This document shows positions 42,328-51,980 of a stretch of 64,000 nucleotides of DNA, piece by piece (positions within the stretch are counted from its first letter, which is position 1; the number at the start of each line of letters is the position of its first letter). Source of the DNA: an uncultured Actinomycetota bacterium (lineage in GTDB: Bacteria; Actinomycetota; Actinomycetes; JAHEKZ01); contig CAVURN010000002.1 in assembly GCA_963743915.1 (NCBI GenBank), positions 416,001 through 480,000 of the forward strand, written 5' to 3'. Both the position numbers and the translations under genes were made by a program. Under the pieces are notes generated by a model. The model did no database searches. It was given only the letters and a program-made list of their open reading frames with translations, and had not been told where the DNA came from.

Positions 42328-43797
42328 TCAGCGGTCGGCGACGACCTGGAACGTCCCCAACGTCGGGTCGGCGGCGTACCGCACCTGCGTGCCGTCGGCC
42401 TGGGCGTCACGCAGACCCGCCACGGCGGCTGCGGTGATCCGCTCGCCGGGCGCGAGCACGGGGATACCCGGTGGGTAGGGCGCGACCAGCTCGGCCGAGA
42501 CCTGGCCGATCGCCTGCTCGGCGGGCACCGTCTCGTGCGCCGCGAAGTAGGCGTCGCGCGGCGTCATGACGACCTCCGGCTCGACGGTCCACGAGATGGA
42601 GGGCAGCACCGGACGGGACGCGGCCCGTTGGCGCTCGACGGAGGCGATGACCGCGTCGACGAACGCATCCACCGACTTCTGGTCGTCGTTGATGGAGATG
42701 ATCGGCACCACCGTGTCGCGGTCGGCGAGCTCGACCGGCATCCCGAGTGCGACGAGATCCTCCTCGATGGCCAGCCCGACCGCACCGGTGCCCGAGACGT
42801 TGATCGCCAGCTTTGCGCGGTCGAGGATCACCGACGGGTCGACGACGTCGTCGAGCAGCACGAGGCCGGGCACGTCGCGCAGGCGCTCCCGGGCATGGTC
42901 GACGATGCGGATCAGGTGTCCGAGCAGTCGCTCGCCGTCACGCTCCATGAGCGCGCGTGCGGCGTCCGCGCTGGCGGCGATCGTGCCGGACGGGCTGGTG
43001 GTCGCGGTGGCATCGAACGCCCGGTCGAGCCGATGGGCGTCGATGCGCTCGGTGCGCGCGACGACGAGGGCGGCCTGCGTGTAGGCGGGCAGGGTCTTGT
43101 GCGCACTGGTGACAAGTGCGTCCGCTCCGGCCTGCAGCGCGTGCCGCGGCAGGTCGGGGTGGAATCCGAAGTACGCCCCCCAGGCCTGGTCCACCACCAG
43201 GGGGACGCCGTGCGCGTGCGCGACGCGGGCATGGGCGGAGACGTCGGAGACCGTGCCCACGTAGGTCGGCTCGACGAGGAAGACCGCCCTGGCCTCCGGA
43301 TGTGCGGACAGCGCCTGCTCCACCCGATCGACCGGGACGTGGGTCGGCAGCCCGGTCGTGGGGTCCACGTCGGGGCGCACCCAGACCGGCGTGACACCGG
43401 CCAGCACCATCCCCAGCAACAGCGAGCGGTGCAGAGTGCGGGTGACCACCACCGTGTCGCCAGGCCGACAGAGCGCCAGCATCAGCGTCTGGTTGCCGTG
43501 CGTGGAACCTCCCACCGAGATGCGACCCCAGTCCGCACCCCAGGCGCGGGCCAGCTTTCGGTCCGCCTCCGCGATGGCGCCCGCCTGCTGCCGGATCGTG
43601 TCGACTCCGCCGTACAGCGGGATGTCGTCGCGGACGACCGGTCCGACCAGGTCGAGCCGCTGCTTGTGGCCCGGCGTCCCGAAGGGCACCGCTCCGATCG
43701 CGCGGTAGGACAGCCAGCCGTCGAGCAGGGGTGCGTCGCCGCGCAGGCCCAGCGGATCGTCGGACGAGTCGTCGCGTGGCTGGTCGGGGTTGGTCAT
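42328..43797 (-). CDS. Orn/Lys/Arg decarboxylase (PLP, class I)
   Basis: TPGHK, GST.GN, HRS, PTYVG, VDQAWGA, SAHKTL, TTSPS, PYPPGIP. Confidence 0.88.
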   Translation of the reverse strand: MTNPDQPRDDSSDDPLGLRGDAPLLDGWLSYRAIGAVPFGTPGHKQRLDLVGPVVRDDIPLYGGVDTIRQQAGAIAEADRKLARAWGADWGRISVGGSTHGNQTLMLALCRPGDTVVVTRTLHRSLLLGMVLAGVTPVWVRPDVDPTTGLPTHVPVDRVEQALSAHPEARAVFLVEPTYVGTVSDVSAHARVAHAHGVPLVVDQAWGAYFGFHPDLPRHALQAGADALVTSAHKTLPAYTQAALVVARTERIDAHRLDRAFDATATTSPSGTIAASADAARALMERDGERLLGHLIRIVDHARERLRDVPGLVLLDDVVDPSVILDRAKLAINVSGTGAVGLAIEEDLVALGMPVELADRDTVVPIISINDDQKSVDAFVDAVIASVERQRAASRPVLPSISWTVEPEVVMTPRDAYFAAHETVPAEQAIGQVSAELVAPYPPGIPVLAPGERITAAAVAGLRDAQADGTQVRYAADPTLGTFQVVADR

Positions 43798-43830
43798 GCT
43801 GCCGACACTAGCCACCCGTACGCTCCGGCC

Positions 43831-45333
43831 GTGGCATCGGTGGTGGTCGTCGGCGCAGGCATGGGAGGCATGGCGGTCGCGGCGCGGCTGTCCGCCCAGG
43901 GCCACGAGGTCACCGTGCTCGAGCAGGCGTCCCGTGCTGGTGGCAAGGTGCAGACCTACCGGCGCGAGGGCTTCGCATTCGACACCGGTCCGTCGCTGCT
44001 CACCCTGCCGGCGGTGTACCGCGACCTCTTCCTGAAGACGCCCGTGGGACGCCGCGGAGCGTCGCTGGAGGACAACGTCGACCTGCAGGGGCTCGACCCC
44101 GCCTTCGGCTACCGGTGGGCCGACGGGGCGACCGCCGTCCTGCCGGGCAGCAACAGCAACCGGGTGGCGTCCGCGCTGGGTGAGGCACTGGGGGGCGCTG
44201 CCGAGGCGGAGTGGCAGCGGTTCAGCCGGCGGGCCGCAGACCTGTGGTCGGTGACGCGAGTTCCGTTCCTGGAGTCGCCGCTGTCAGGACCGCGCGACCT
44301 GCTGCCGCACCTGCGCAGCTGGTCCAACCTGAAGACGGTGGCACCCTGGCGCACCCTCCGCGGGCTCGGCGAGCAGTACTTCTCCGACCCCCGCCTGGTC
44401 ACGTTGCTCGATCGCTACGCCACGTACACCGGCTCCGACCCGCGGCGCGCACCCGCGGCGCTGGCTGTGATCCCCTTCGTCGAGCAGACGTTCGGCGCGT
44501 GGCATGTCGGTGGCGGGATCGGGGCACTGGCCGACGCGCTCCACCAGCGCTGCGTGGCGCGCGGGATCACCTTCCGCTTCGGCGCCGACGTCGCAGCGCT
44601 GCGGACGACGGCTGCAGGGGTGCAGGGAGTCACCCTCACGTCCGGCGAGCGGGTCGACGCCGACCTGGTCGTCTCGGACGCCGACGCGACCCATCTGTAC
44701 GCGGCGCTGATCGACCACCCTTCCGCAGCGGGCGTGCTGAAGCGGCTCCGCCACGCCACGCCGTCGCTGTCCGGCTTCGTGCTGCTCCTCGCGCTCCGGG
44801 GACGGACCCCGGGACTCCAGCACCACAACGTGCTCTTCCCCGACAACTACGACGCCGAGTTCGACGCCGTGTTCGGACGCCGACCGCGTCCGGTCGACGA
44901 CCCCACGGTCTACGTCTGCGCCCCCGACGACCCGGCCATGCGGCCCGACGACGACCACGAGGCGTGGTTCGTCCTGGTCAACGCCCCTCGGCACGACCCT
45001 GGCCGCGGCGTCGACTGGAACGACGCCGAGCTCGTCGACCGGTACCGGGACCGGGTGCTCGACGTCCTCGCCGCGCGCGGGATGGACGTGCGACCGCGGC
45101 TGCTGTGGGCCGAGACCCGCACCCCCGCCGACCTCGAGCGGGACACCCGCTCCCCCGGCGGGTCGATCTACGGCACCTCCAGCAACGGCCGGCGGGCGGC
45201 CTTCTTCCGGGCGTCCAACCGCTCACCGGTGCCGGGGCTCTACCTCGTCGGCGGGTCGGCCCACCCGGGTGGCGGGCTGCCCCTGGTGGGACTGTCAGCG
45301 GCCATCGTGGCCGATCTCATCGGGCCGGCGTAA
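43831..45333 (+). CDS. Phytoene desaturase family, likely CrtD-type 3,4-desaturase
   Basis: GAGMGG, FDTGPSLL, RYATYTGSDP, GGSIYG, GGSAHPGGGLPLV. Confidence 0.85.
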   Translation: MASVVVVGAGMGGMAVAARLSAQGHEVTVLEQASRAGGKVQTYRREGFAFDTGPSLLTLPAVYRDLFLKTPVGRRGASLEDNVDLQGLDPAFGYRWADGATAVLPGSNSNRVASALGEALGGAAEAEWQRFSRRAADLWSVTRVPFLESPLSGPRDLLPHLRSWSNLKTVAPWRTLRGLGEQYFSDPRLVTLLDRYATYTGSDPRRAPAALAVIPFVEQTFGAWHVGGGIGALADALHQRCVARGITFRFGADVAALRTTAAGVQGVTLTSGERVDADLVVSDADATHLYAALIDHPSAAGVLKRLRHATPSLSGFVLLLALRGRTPGLQHHNVLFPDNYDAEFDAVFGRRPRPVDDPTVYVCAPDDPAMRPDDDHEAWFVLVNAPRHDPGRGVDWNDAELVDRYRDRVLDVLAARGMDVRPRLLWAETRTPADLERDTRSPGGSIYGTSSNGRRAAFFRASNRSPVPGLYLVGGSAHPGGGLPLVGLSAAIVADLIGPA

Positions 45334-45439
45334 AGGCCCGCCCGATGCGTGCCTGGTGGACGCCACCGCCCGCCCGATGCGTGGCTGAGCGCCCACGCTC
45401 GTCGTGCGCGAGCCGTGCGGCGCGACTAGCCTCGTGATC

Positions 45440-46507
45440 ATGGACGCGCCCGCCTCACCCCTCGACGCCGAGGACCTGCGCACCCGCGTCCACAAGGAGC
45501 TCGAGACCTTCATCGAAGGACAGCAGCATGTCCTCGACACCGTCGGCGCCGAGCTGCTGCCGATGCTGGACGCCGCCCGTGCGCTGCTCGCCGGTGGCAA
45601 ACGGCTGCGTCCCGCCTTCGCCTACTGGGGCTGGCGTGGCGCAGGCGGTGCGGACTGCCCCGAGATCGTCCAGGCAGTGGCTGCCCTCGAGCTGCTGCAG
45701 GCGTGCGCGCTGATCCACGACGACGTCATGGACGGGTCCGACACCCGACGGGGCCACCCCAGCGCCCACCGACGCTTCGCCCAGATGCACCAGGACGCCG
45801 CATGGTTCGGGTCGGCGACGGACTTCGGCACGGGGGCGGCCATTCTGCTCGGCGACCTCGCACTGACCTGGGCCGACGAGATGCTGTTCAGCGCTCCGCT
45901 GCCCGAGGAGTCACTGCGGCGCGTGAAGCCGGTCTACGACCGGATGCGCATCGAGCTCATGGCCGGCCAGTACCTCGACCTGCTCGAGCAGGCGCGCGGG
46001 GGCGGCTCGGTCGAACGCTCGTTGCGCGTCGCACGGTTCAAGGCGGCCAAGTACACCGTCGAAGGCCCCCTCCACCTCGGGGGCACCCTCGCGGGCGCAT
46101 CCTCAGACCTGATCGCTCAGTACAGCGATTACGGCGTCCCGCTCGGTGAGGCGTTCCAGCTGCGCGACGACGTCCTCGGCGTCTTCGGCAACCCGGAGAC
46201 CACCGGCAAGCCCGCGGGTGACGACCTGCGCGAGGGGAAGCGCACAGTGCTGGTCGCCGTGGCCGAGGAGCGCGCAACGACCTCCCAGCGCACAATCCTC
46301 GCCGACCTGCTCGGCAACCCGGAGCTGTCACCTGACGGAATTGCCGCCCTGCGCAGTGTCATCGAGGAGACCGGGGCGCTCGCCTATGTCGAGCAGCTCA
46401 TCACCGAGCTCGTCGACGAGTCGCTGAAGGCGCTCGAGGGAGTCCCCGAGCCCGCGCACGAGGTGCTCGCGGGCCTCACGTACGCCGCCACCCGACGGGT
46501 GGAGTAG
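45440..46507 (+). CDS. crtE: Polyprenyl (GGPP) synthase
   Basis: GGKRLRP, LIHDDVMD..RRG, GQYLD, FQLRDD, DDLREGK. Confidence 0.88.
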   Translation: MDAPASPLDAEDLRTRVHKELETFIEGQQHVLDTVGAELLPMLDAARALLAGGKRLRPAFAYWGWRGAGGADCPEIVQAVAALELLQACALIHDDVMDGSDTRRGHPSAHRRFAQMHQDAAWFGSATDFGTGAAILLGDLALTWADEMLFSAPLPEESLRRVKPVYDRMRIELMAGQYLDLLEQARGGGSVERSLRVARFKAAKYTVEGPLHLGGTLAGASSDLIAQYSDYGVPLGEAFQLRDDVLGVFGNPETTGKPAGDDLREGKRTVLVAVAEERATTSQRTILADLLGNPELSPDGIAALRSVIEETGALAYVEQLITELVDESLKALEGVPEPAHEVLAGLTYAATRRVE

Positions 46508-48007
46508 ATGCGCACCGTCACCGGGCGCACCGACCACGTCGTGGTCGTCGGCGCAGGGCTGGCCGGGCTCTCGGCGGCGCTGCGGCTGGCGGGTGCCGGA
46601 CGCAGTGTGACGCTTCTCGAGCGCGAGGGCATCCCCGGTGGGCGCGCCGGACTGGTGGCTGACGCGGGTTACCGGTTCGACAACGGGCCCACCGTCCTCA
46701 CCATGCCCGACCTGATCGCCGATGCCTTCGACGCCGTCGGCGAGGACATGGCCGACTGGCTGACCCTGCATCCCCTCGACCCGCTCTACCGGGCCTGGTT
46801 CGCGGATGGCTCGTCGCTGGACGTGAGGCCCGACCCGGCCGCGATGACCGACGAGATCCGCCGCGTCTGCGGGCCGGAGGAAGCGGCCGGCTACGAGCGG
46901 TACGTCGACTTCGTCACCCAGCTCTACCGCTACGAGCTGAACGACTTCATCGACCGCAACATCGACTCGCCGTTCGACCTGCTGACCCCCAACCTCGCAC
47001 GGCTGGCGGCCATCGGCGGGTTCCGACGGATGGCCCCGAAGGTCAACCAGTACCTGCAGGACTCCCGCACGCAACGGGTGCTCTCGTTCCAGGCGATGTA
47101 CGCCGGCATGTCCCCGTTCGACGCCTTGGCGCTGTACTGCGTCATCGCCTACATGGACTCCGTCGCCGGCGTCTTCGCACCCGAGGGTGGGATGCACGCA
47201 GTCCCTGAAGCCATGGCTGCAGCCGCTCAGAAGCACGGCGTCGACATCCGCTACGGCGTCGAGGTGGTGCACGTCGAGCGTCGCGGCGCTCGCGCGGTGG
47301 CCGTCCACACGGCCGATGGCGAACGGATCACGTGTGACGCGCTCGTCCTCAACCCCGACCTGCCGGTGGCTGCGCGCGACCTGCTCGGCGCCGAACCCTG
47401 GTCGCTGAAGAGACTCCGCTACTCACCCTCGTGCTTCCTGATGCTGGCCGGCTCCAGCGCCGGCTACAGCAAGGTGGTGCACCACAACATCCACTTCGGA
47501 CGGTCCTGGCGGGGCGTCTTCGACCAGCTGATCGATCGCGGTGAGCTCATGTCCGATCCCAGCTTCCTGGTGTCGAACCCCACGCACTCGGACGCCTCGC
47601 TCGCCCCCGACGGCCGTCACGTCTACTACGTGTTCTTCCCGACACCGAACACCACCGCAGGGATCGACTGGTCCGTCGAACGCCCGCGCTACCGCGAGCA
47701 CGTTCTCGAGATGCTCGAGGCTCGCGGATACGTCGGGTTCACCGACGCCATCGAGGTGGAGCACCTCATCGACCCGGCCGACTGGGAGCGGCGTGGGATG
47801 GCGGCCGGGTCACCGTTCGCGTCCGCGCACTCCTTCCTGCAGACCGGTCCCTTCCGTCCCAAGAACCTCTGGGGCGAGAACATCGTGTTCGCCGGTTCCG
47901 GCACCACGCCCGGGGTGGGCGTGCCCATGGTGCTGATCTCCGGACGCCTCGCGGCCGAACGCATCACGGGGCCGGACCGGCGCTACCGCTCCCGCGCGCG
48001 CCGATGA
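46508..48007 (+). CDS. crtI: Phytoene desaturase
   Basis: GAGLAG, FDNGPTVLTMP, SFQAMYAG, GSGTTPGVGVPMVLISG. Confidence 0.92.
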   Translation: MRTVTGRTDHVVVVGAGLAGLSAALRLAGAGRSVTLLEREGIPGGRAGLVADAGYRFDNGPTVLTMPDLIADAFDAVGEDMADWLTLHPLDPLYRAWFADGSSLDVRPDPAAMTDEIRRVCGPEEAAGYERYVDFVTQLYRYELNDFIDRNIDSPFDLLTPNLARLAAIGGFRRMAPKVNQYLQDSRTQRVLSFQAMYAGMSPFDALALYCVIAYMDSVAGVFAPEGGMHAVPEAMAAAAQKHGVDIRYGVEVVHVERRGARAVAVHTADGERITCDALVLNPDLPVAARDLLGAEPWSLKRLRYSPSCFLMLAGSSAGYSKVVHHNIHFGRSWRGVFDQLIDRGELMSDPSFLVSNPTHSDASLAPDGRHVYYVFFPTPNTTAGIDWSVERPRYREHVLEMLEARGYVGFTDAIEVEHLIDPADWERRGMAAGSPFASAHSFLQTGPFRPKNLWGENIVFAGSGTTPGVGVPMVLISGRLAAERITGPDRRYRSRARR

Positions 48008-48023
48008 TGCCGCCCGTTCCTGC

Positions 48024-48512
48024 TCACCAGTGGGCGAGATCGGTCTCCGGACCGTCGCCCACCAGCAGCACCGCGGCCTGGAACCGGTCGTACTCCCAGG
48101 CGATGCACGCGTCCTGGAACACCTCGACGGCCATCTCGAAGCTGTCGGCGTCGGCCTCGGCGAAGTCGCTCCACCCCTCCCAGCAGAGGAGCAGTCCGTT
48201 GGGCTCGTCGAGATCGAGAGCGCGCAGGTGCTGGTCCAGCAGGTCCCACGACCCGCTGGCCATCTCCGGAAGATCCAGCGCCTCCGCGATCGCCGCGACG
48301 AACCCCGCATGGTCGGTGACGTCCACCGTGTCGACGGTGACCGTGTGCCACTTGTGCTCGATCGCCTCCCGCCGCACGGGGCCAGGATCACCGGGGAGCA
48401 GGAACACGCCGCGGCGGCCCTCGAAGGCCTCGATCACCTCGAGCGGGGGTTCCTCGGCGTCGAGAGAACCGAAGAGCTCCGGGTCGTCGAACTCGAGCGG
48501 CTCGGTGGACAT
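48024..48512 (-). CDS. Barstar-family protein
   Basis: Very acidic; IAEALDLP...SWDLLDQHLRAL, LLCWEGW, matching the barstar 'NWDAL.D.L' pattern. Confidence 0.65.
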   Translation of the reverse strand: MSTEPLEFDDPELFGSLDAEEPPLEVIEAFEGRRGVFLLPGDPGPVRREAIEHKWHTVTVDTVDVTDHAGFVAAIAEALDLPEMASGSWDLLDQHLRALDLDEPNGLLLCWEGWSDFAEADADSFEMAVEVFQDACIAWEYDRFQAAVLLVGDGPETDLAHW

Positions 48513-48644
48513 TGCTCTCACCCTTCACGCTGACGCGCCTGTGCCATCGGTGGTGCTGGGTGTCACGCTACTCGCACCTGCGGCTCCACAGACACTTCCG
48601 CAGGCCACGAGCCGGTACCCGGGTTCGACGACAGGGAAGACCCC

Positions 48645-49562
48645 ATGAGCCGCCGCGACCTGGAGGCCGCGGGCATCCTGGACCCGAGGCTGCAGGAGTC
48701 CTACGAGACGTGCCGCAGGCTCAACGCCGAGCACGGCAAGACCTACTACCTGGCCACGCTGCTGCTCCCCCCGCAGAAGCGACCGTACGTGCACGCGCTG
48801 TACGGGTTCGCACGGTACGCCGACGAGATCGTCGACGACCTCCAGAGCACGCTCAGCACCGAGGCGAAGGCCGAGCTGCTGGCGTCCTGGGGGCAGCACT
48901 TCCTCGACGACCTGGACCGCGGTCACAGCGACGACCCGGTCTGCCGGGCCGTCGTCGACACCGTCACCAGGTGGGACATCCCGCGCGAGCACTTCGAGGC
49001 CTTCCTGCACTCGATGACGATGGACCTGACGGTCACCGAGTACGCCGACTTCGACGCGCTGCACGAGTACGTCTACGGGTCCGCTGCGGTCATCGGGCTG
49101 CAGATGGTGCCCATCCTCGAGCCGACCTCGGACGCCGCCTACGACTACGCCCAGGACCTCGGCGTCGCCTTCCAGCTCGCCAACTTCATCCGCGACGTCG
49201 GTGAAGACCTGGACCGAGGTCGCCTCTACCTGCCACTGTCCGACCTCGAGCAGTTCGGCCTCACCCGTGCCGACCTCGAGCGGCGCGTCGTGGACGAGCG
49301 CGTGCGGGCCCTGCTCCAGTTCGAGATCCTCCGCGTCCGACGTCTGGCCGAAGCGTCCCGACCGGGTGTCGCCCTGCTCGCCCCGTCCAGTCGCCCCTGC
49401 ATCGACGCCGCTCGCACGCTGTACATCGGCATCACGGACGCGGTCGAGGACATCGACTACCAGGTGTTCAGCCGCCGGGCCAGGGTGTCGGTGCCGCGCC
49501 GCCTGCAGGTGGCGGCCCCGGCATGGCTACGCGCCTTTCGCGCCCGTCACGTCGCCGCCTGA
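48645..49562 (+). CDS. crtB: Phytoene synthase
   Basis: HGKTYYLA, LYGFARYADEIVD, MTMDL, YVYGSA, AFQLANFIRDVGED. Confidence 0.94.
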   Translation: MSRRDLEAAGILDPRLQESYETCRRLNAEHGKTYYLATLLLPPQKRPYVHALYGFARYADEIVDDLQSTLSTEAKAELLASWGQHFLDDLDRGHSDDPVCRAVVDTVTRWDIPREHFEAFLHSMTMDLTVTEYADFDALHEYVYGSAAVIGLQMVPILEPTSDAAYDYAQDLGVAFQLANFIRDVGEDLDRGRLYLPLSDLEQFGLTRADLERRVVDERVRALLQFEILRVRRLAEASRPGVALLAPSSRPCIDAARTLYIGITDAVEDIDYQVFSRRARVSVPRRLQVAAPAWLRAFRARHVAA

Positions 49563-49925
49563 CGCGTCGCGCCACACCGGCGGCCCCGCGACGGGCTCGT
49601 ACTGGACGCCGCGGCGCCCCCACCAGACCCACCACGCCATGCTCTGCACGACCAGCGCGAAGCCGAAGAGCAGGTCCTCCACGGGAGCGAACGCGATCCG
49701 CCCGTCACCGATGAAGACGGCTGTCCGGGTACCCACGATCGCGTCGTCGGCGTAGCGCACGATGTCGAACCCGGTCAGCACCCCGTTGGTGACCAGCTGG
49801 AAGAACACCACGATGGCGTAGGAGACCCAGAACACCCGTCGGGTCAGCAGCCGCGTGCGCAGCACGTACAGGTCGAGCACCACCGTCAGCGCGACGCCGA
49901 CCAGGGCGAGCTGGGTGTAGCTCAT
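49527..49925 (-). CDS. Heterodimeric lycopene cyclase subunit (CrtYd-like)
   Basis: TM protein; APVEDLLFGF motif. Confidence 0.8.
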   Translation of the reverse strand: MSYTQLALVGVALTVVLDLYVLRTRLLTRRVFWVSYAIVVFFQLVTNGVLTGFDIVRYADDAIVGTRTAVFIGDGRIAFAPVEDLLFGFALVVQSMAWWVWWGRRGVQYEPVAGPPVWRDASGGDVTGAKGA

Positions 49926-50263
49926 GGCCGTCCCCCGGGCTCGTCACCGACCGTCCAGCCACGCGCGGACCGCACCGCCTCGAGCGTCAGCACCCCGGCG
50001 AGGGGAACGACGACGAAGAAGAGCAGCTCCTCGAGCGGGATGTCGGCCGGGAGCACCACGCCCGTCGTGCGCTCGGTGTCGAACCACCAGTGACCGGACG
50101 CGATCGCGTACGCGTCCCACAGCAGGAAGAGCGCAAGCACGGGCGCGAGGGAGAGCACGAGCCGTCGGGCGCGTCGCAGCACCCTGGTGCGCAGCACGAG
50201 CTCCAGCCAGCAGCTGCCCGCCACGATGAACGCGAGCACCCCGAGGTAGGCGAGATGCTCCAC
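49922..50263 (-). CDS. Heterodimeric lycopene cyclase subunit (CrtYc-like)
   Basis: FLLWD, W.F, IPLEELLFF motif. Confidence 0.82.
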   Translation of the reverse strand: MEHLAYLGVLAFIVAGSCWLELVLRTRVLRRARRLVLSLAPVLALFLLWDAYAIASGHWWFDTERTTGVVLPADIPLEELLFFVVVPLAGVLTLEAVRSARGWTVGDEPGGRP

Positions 50264-50264
50264 C

Positions 50265-50651
50265 TCAGAACGCCAGCGACTGCGCGCGCCGTCGGACCTC
50301 GGTGTGTCGGTTCTCGGTGAGCGCCTGCATGGGGCTTCCGGGCAGCGAGTCGTCCGGGGTGAAGATCCAGCGGATGGACTCGTTCTCGTCGTAGCCGGCG
50401 TCGGCCAGCAGCGTGAGCAGCCCGGGCAGCTTCTTGACGACGACGCCGTCCTGCACGAAGTCGGCCGGCACGCTGATCACCGACCGCTCGCCGCGCCGCA
50501 CACACACCAGGTCGCGGTCCTTGAGCATCTGCCGGACGTGGACGATGTCGGTGCCCAGCGCCTCGGCCAGGTCGGGAACGGTGAGCCACGAGCCCACGAG
50601 GGCGTCCACGTCGTCGGTGACCGGAGTGTCGAGGCTGGCGGTGGTCGTCAC
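50265..50651 (-). CDS. Rv2175c-family DNA-binding protein
   Basis: WLTVPDLAEALG HTH, GLLTLLADAG, EVRRRAQSLAF; divergent from the PknL-like kinase. Confidence 0.85.
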   Translation of the reverse strand: MTTTASLDTPVTDDVDALVGSWLTVPDLAEALGTDIVHVRQMLKDRDLVCVRRGERSVISVPADFVQDGVVVKKLPGLLTLLADAGYDENESIRWIFTPDDSLPGSPMQALTENRHTEVRRRAQSLAF

Positions 50652-50682
50652 AGGTCAACCCTGCCACGGACGCGGCGCGACC

Positions 50683-51831
50683 TCACCCCAGGGCGCACGC
50701 CTTGACCGCCACGGCGGGGTCGGCGAACCGATCGGGGTCGACGGCGGTGTGTGCGGTCATGAGGCGGCGGGCCTGGGTGAGGTCGCGGGGACGGTCGACC
50801 ACCGCCAGGCCGGTGAGCTGGGGTCCTGCCTCGCTGTCGCGGAACCAGCCCACGCACCAGTCGTCGCCCGCCGAGCGGTCCACCCGTCGGTCGGTCTCGG
50901 CCGGGTGTCCCACGTACTGAAGGGTGTGACCGAACTGGTCGGACCAGAAGTACGGCACGGGGTCGTACGGCTCGCCGTCGAGCCCGAGCAGCGTGGAGGC
51001 CGCCACGGCCGGCGCGTGCAGAGCGGTGTCCCAGTGCTCCACCCGCAGCCGGGCCTCGTACCGCGCCGACCACCAGGCGGCGCAGTCACCGACCGCGACG
51101 ACACCCGGCAGCGACGTGCGCAGCCGGTCGTCGACGACGACGGCCCGGTCACCCTCGCGCAGCTCGAGGGGGCTGTCGGCGAGGAAGCCGGTGGCGGGGC
51201 GCGCACCGAGGCCGGCCACCACGACGTCAGCACCGAGGGCGGACACGTCCTCGACCTTCTGGCCGAGCCGCAGGTCGACGCCCGCGGTCTCGAACCACGC
51301 GGCGGTGCGCAGTCCGAGGTCCTTCGGCAGCGCCGCGGACAGCGGTGCGTCGGCGGCCTCGTACACGGTGACCGAGCAACCGGCCTCCGCTGCGGCGGAG
51401 GCCACCTCGGCCCCGATCCAGCCGGCTCCGATCACGACGACCTCGGCGCCCATGTCGAAGCCGTCGCGCAGCCGGTGGGCGTCGGCCAGGGTGCGGAGGG
51501 TCTGCGTCCCCGGCAGGGCGACGGGGTACGAGCCGACCGCGAGCACGATCCCGTCGGCATCCAGCCGTTCGGACTCGGTGACCACGCATCCGGCCTCCAG
51601 CGCGGTGGCGGGCGTGCCCAGCCGCAGATCGAGGTCGGGGACCGCCGACAGGTCGAAGTGGAGCGACACGTCCCTCCAGGCGAGGACGTCCTTGGACAGC
51701 GGCGGCCGGTCGTACGGAGGCTCCTGCTCGGCGGCCAGCATGACCAGGTGGCCGGTGAAACCCTGGCCACGCAGGGCCCGCGCGGCCTCGAACCCGGCGA
51801 GTCCGCCTCCGACGATCACGATCCGCTCCAT
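50683..51831 (-). CDS. FAD-dependent ferredoxin-reductase-like oxidoreductase
   Basis: GGGLAG, PYDRPPLSK, GAGWIGAE, AVGDCA, RVEHW, PYFWSDQ. Confidence 0.88.
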   Translation of the reverse strand: MERIVIVGGGLAGFEAARALRGQGFTGHLVMLAAEQEPPYDRPPLSKDVLAWRDVSLHFDLSAVPDLDLRLGTPATALEAGCVVTESERLDADGIVLAVGSYPVALPGTQTLRTLADAHRLRDGFDMGAEVVVIGAGWIGAEVASAAAEAGCSVTVYEAADAPLSAALPKDLGLRTAAWFETAGVDLRLGQKVEDVSALGADVVVAGLGARPATGFLADSPLELREGDRAVVVDDRLRTSLPGVVAVGDCAAWWSARYEARLRVEHWDTALHAPAVAASTLLGLDGEPYDPVPYFWSDQFGHTLQYVGHPAETDRRVDRSAGDDWCVGWFRDSEAGPQLTGLAVVDRPRDLTQARRLMTAHTAVDPDRFADPAVAVKACALG

Positions 51832-51848
51832 GGCGGCACCCTAGTGCA

Positions 51849-51872
51849 TTCACTGACTGGTCAGTCAGTGAA
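51849..51872. promoter_or_regulatory. Perfect inverted-repeat operator (TetR-like)
   Basis: TTCACTGACTG-gt-CAGTCAGTGAA just upstream of the -10 TAGGGT of the oxidoreductase. Confidence 0.65.
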
Positions 51873-51980
51873 ATCGCCCGCAGGCAGTCGTCTCGGTGAG
51901 CGACGTCACCGGGAAAGGCTCAGCGGCGCGCGGCGCGCGCTGGCGGGCTGAACCGCCCGGCGAACGTAGGATTTGCCGTT

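Noticed and set aside
41920-43830. Apparent 1137-aa ORF suggesting a large N-terminal fusion to CrtD
   Set aside because: The upstream part is the stop-free antisense shadow of the decarboxylase; the real start is GTG 43831.
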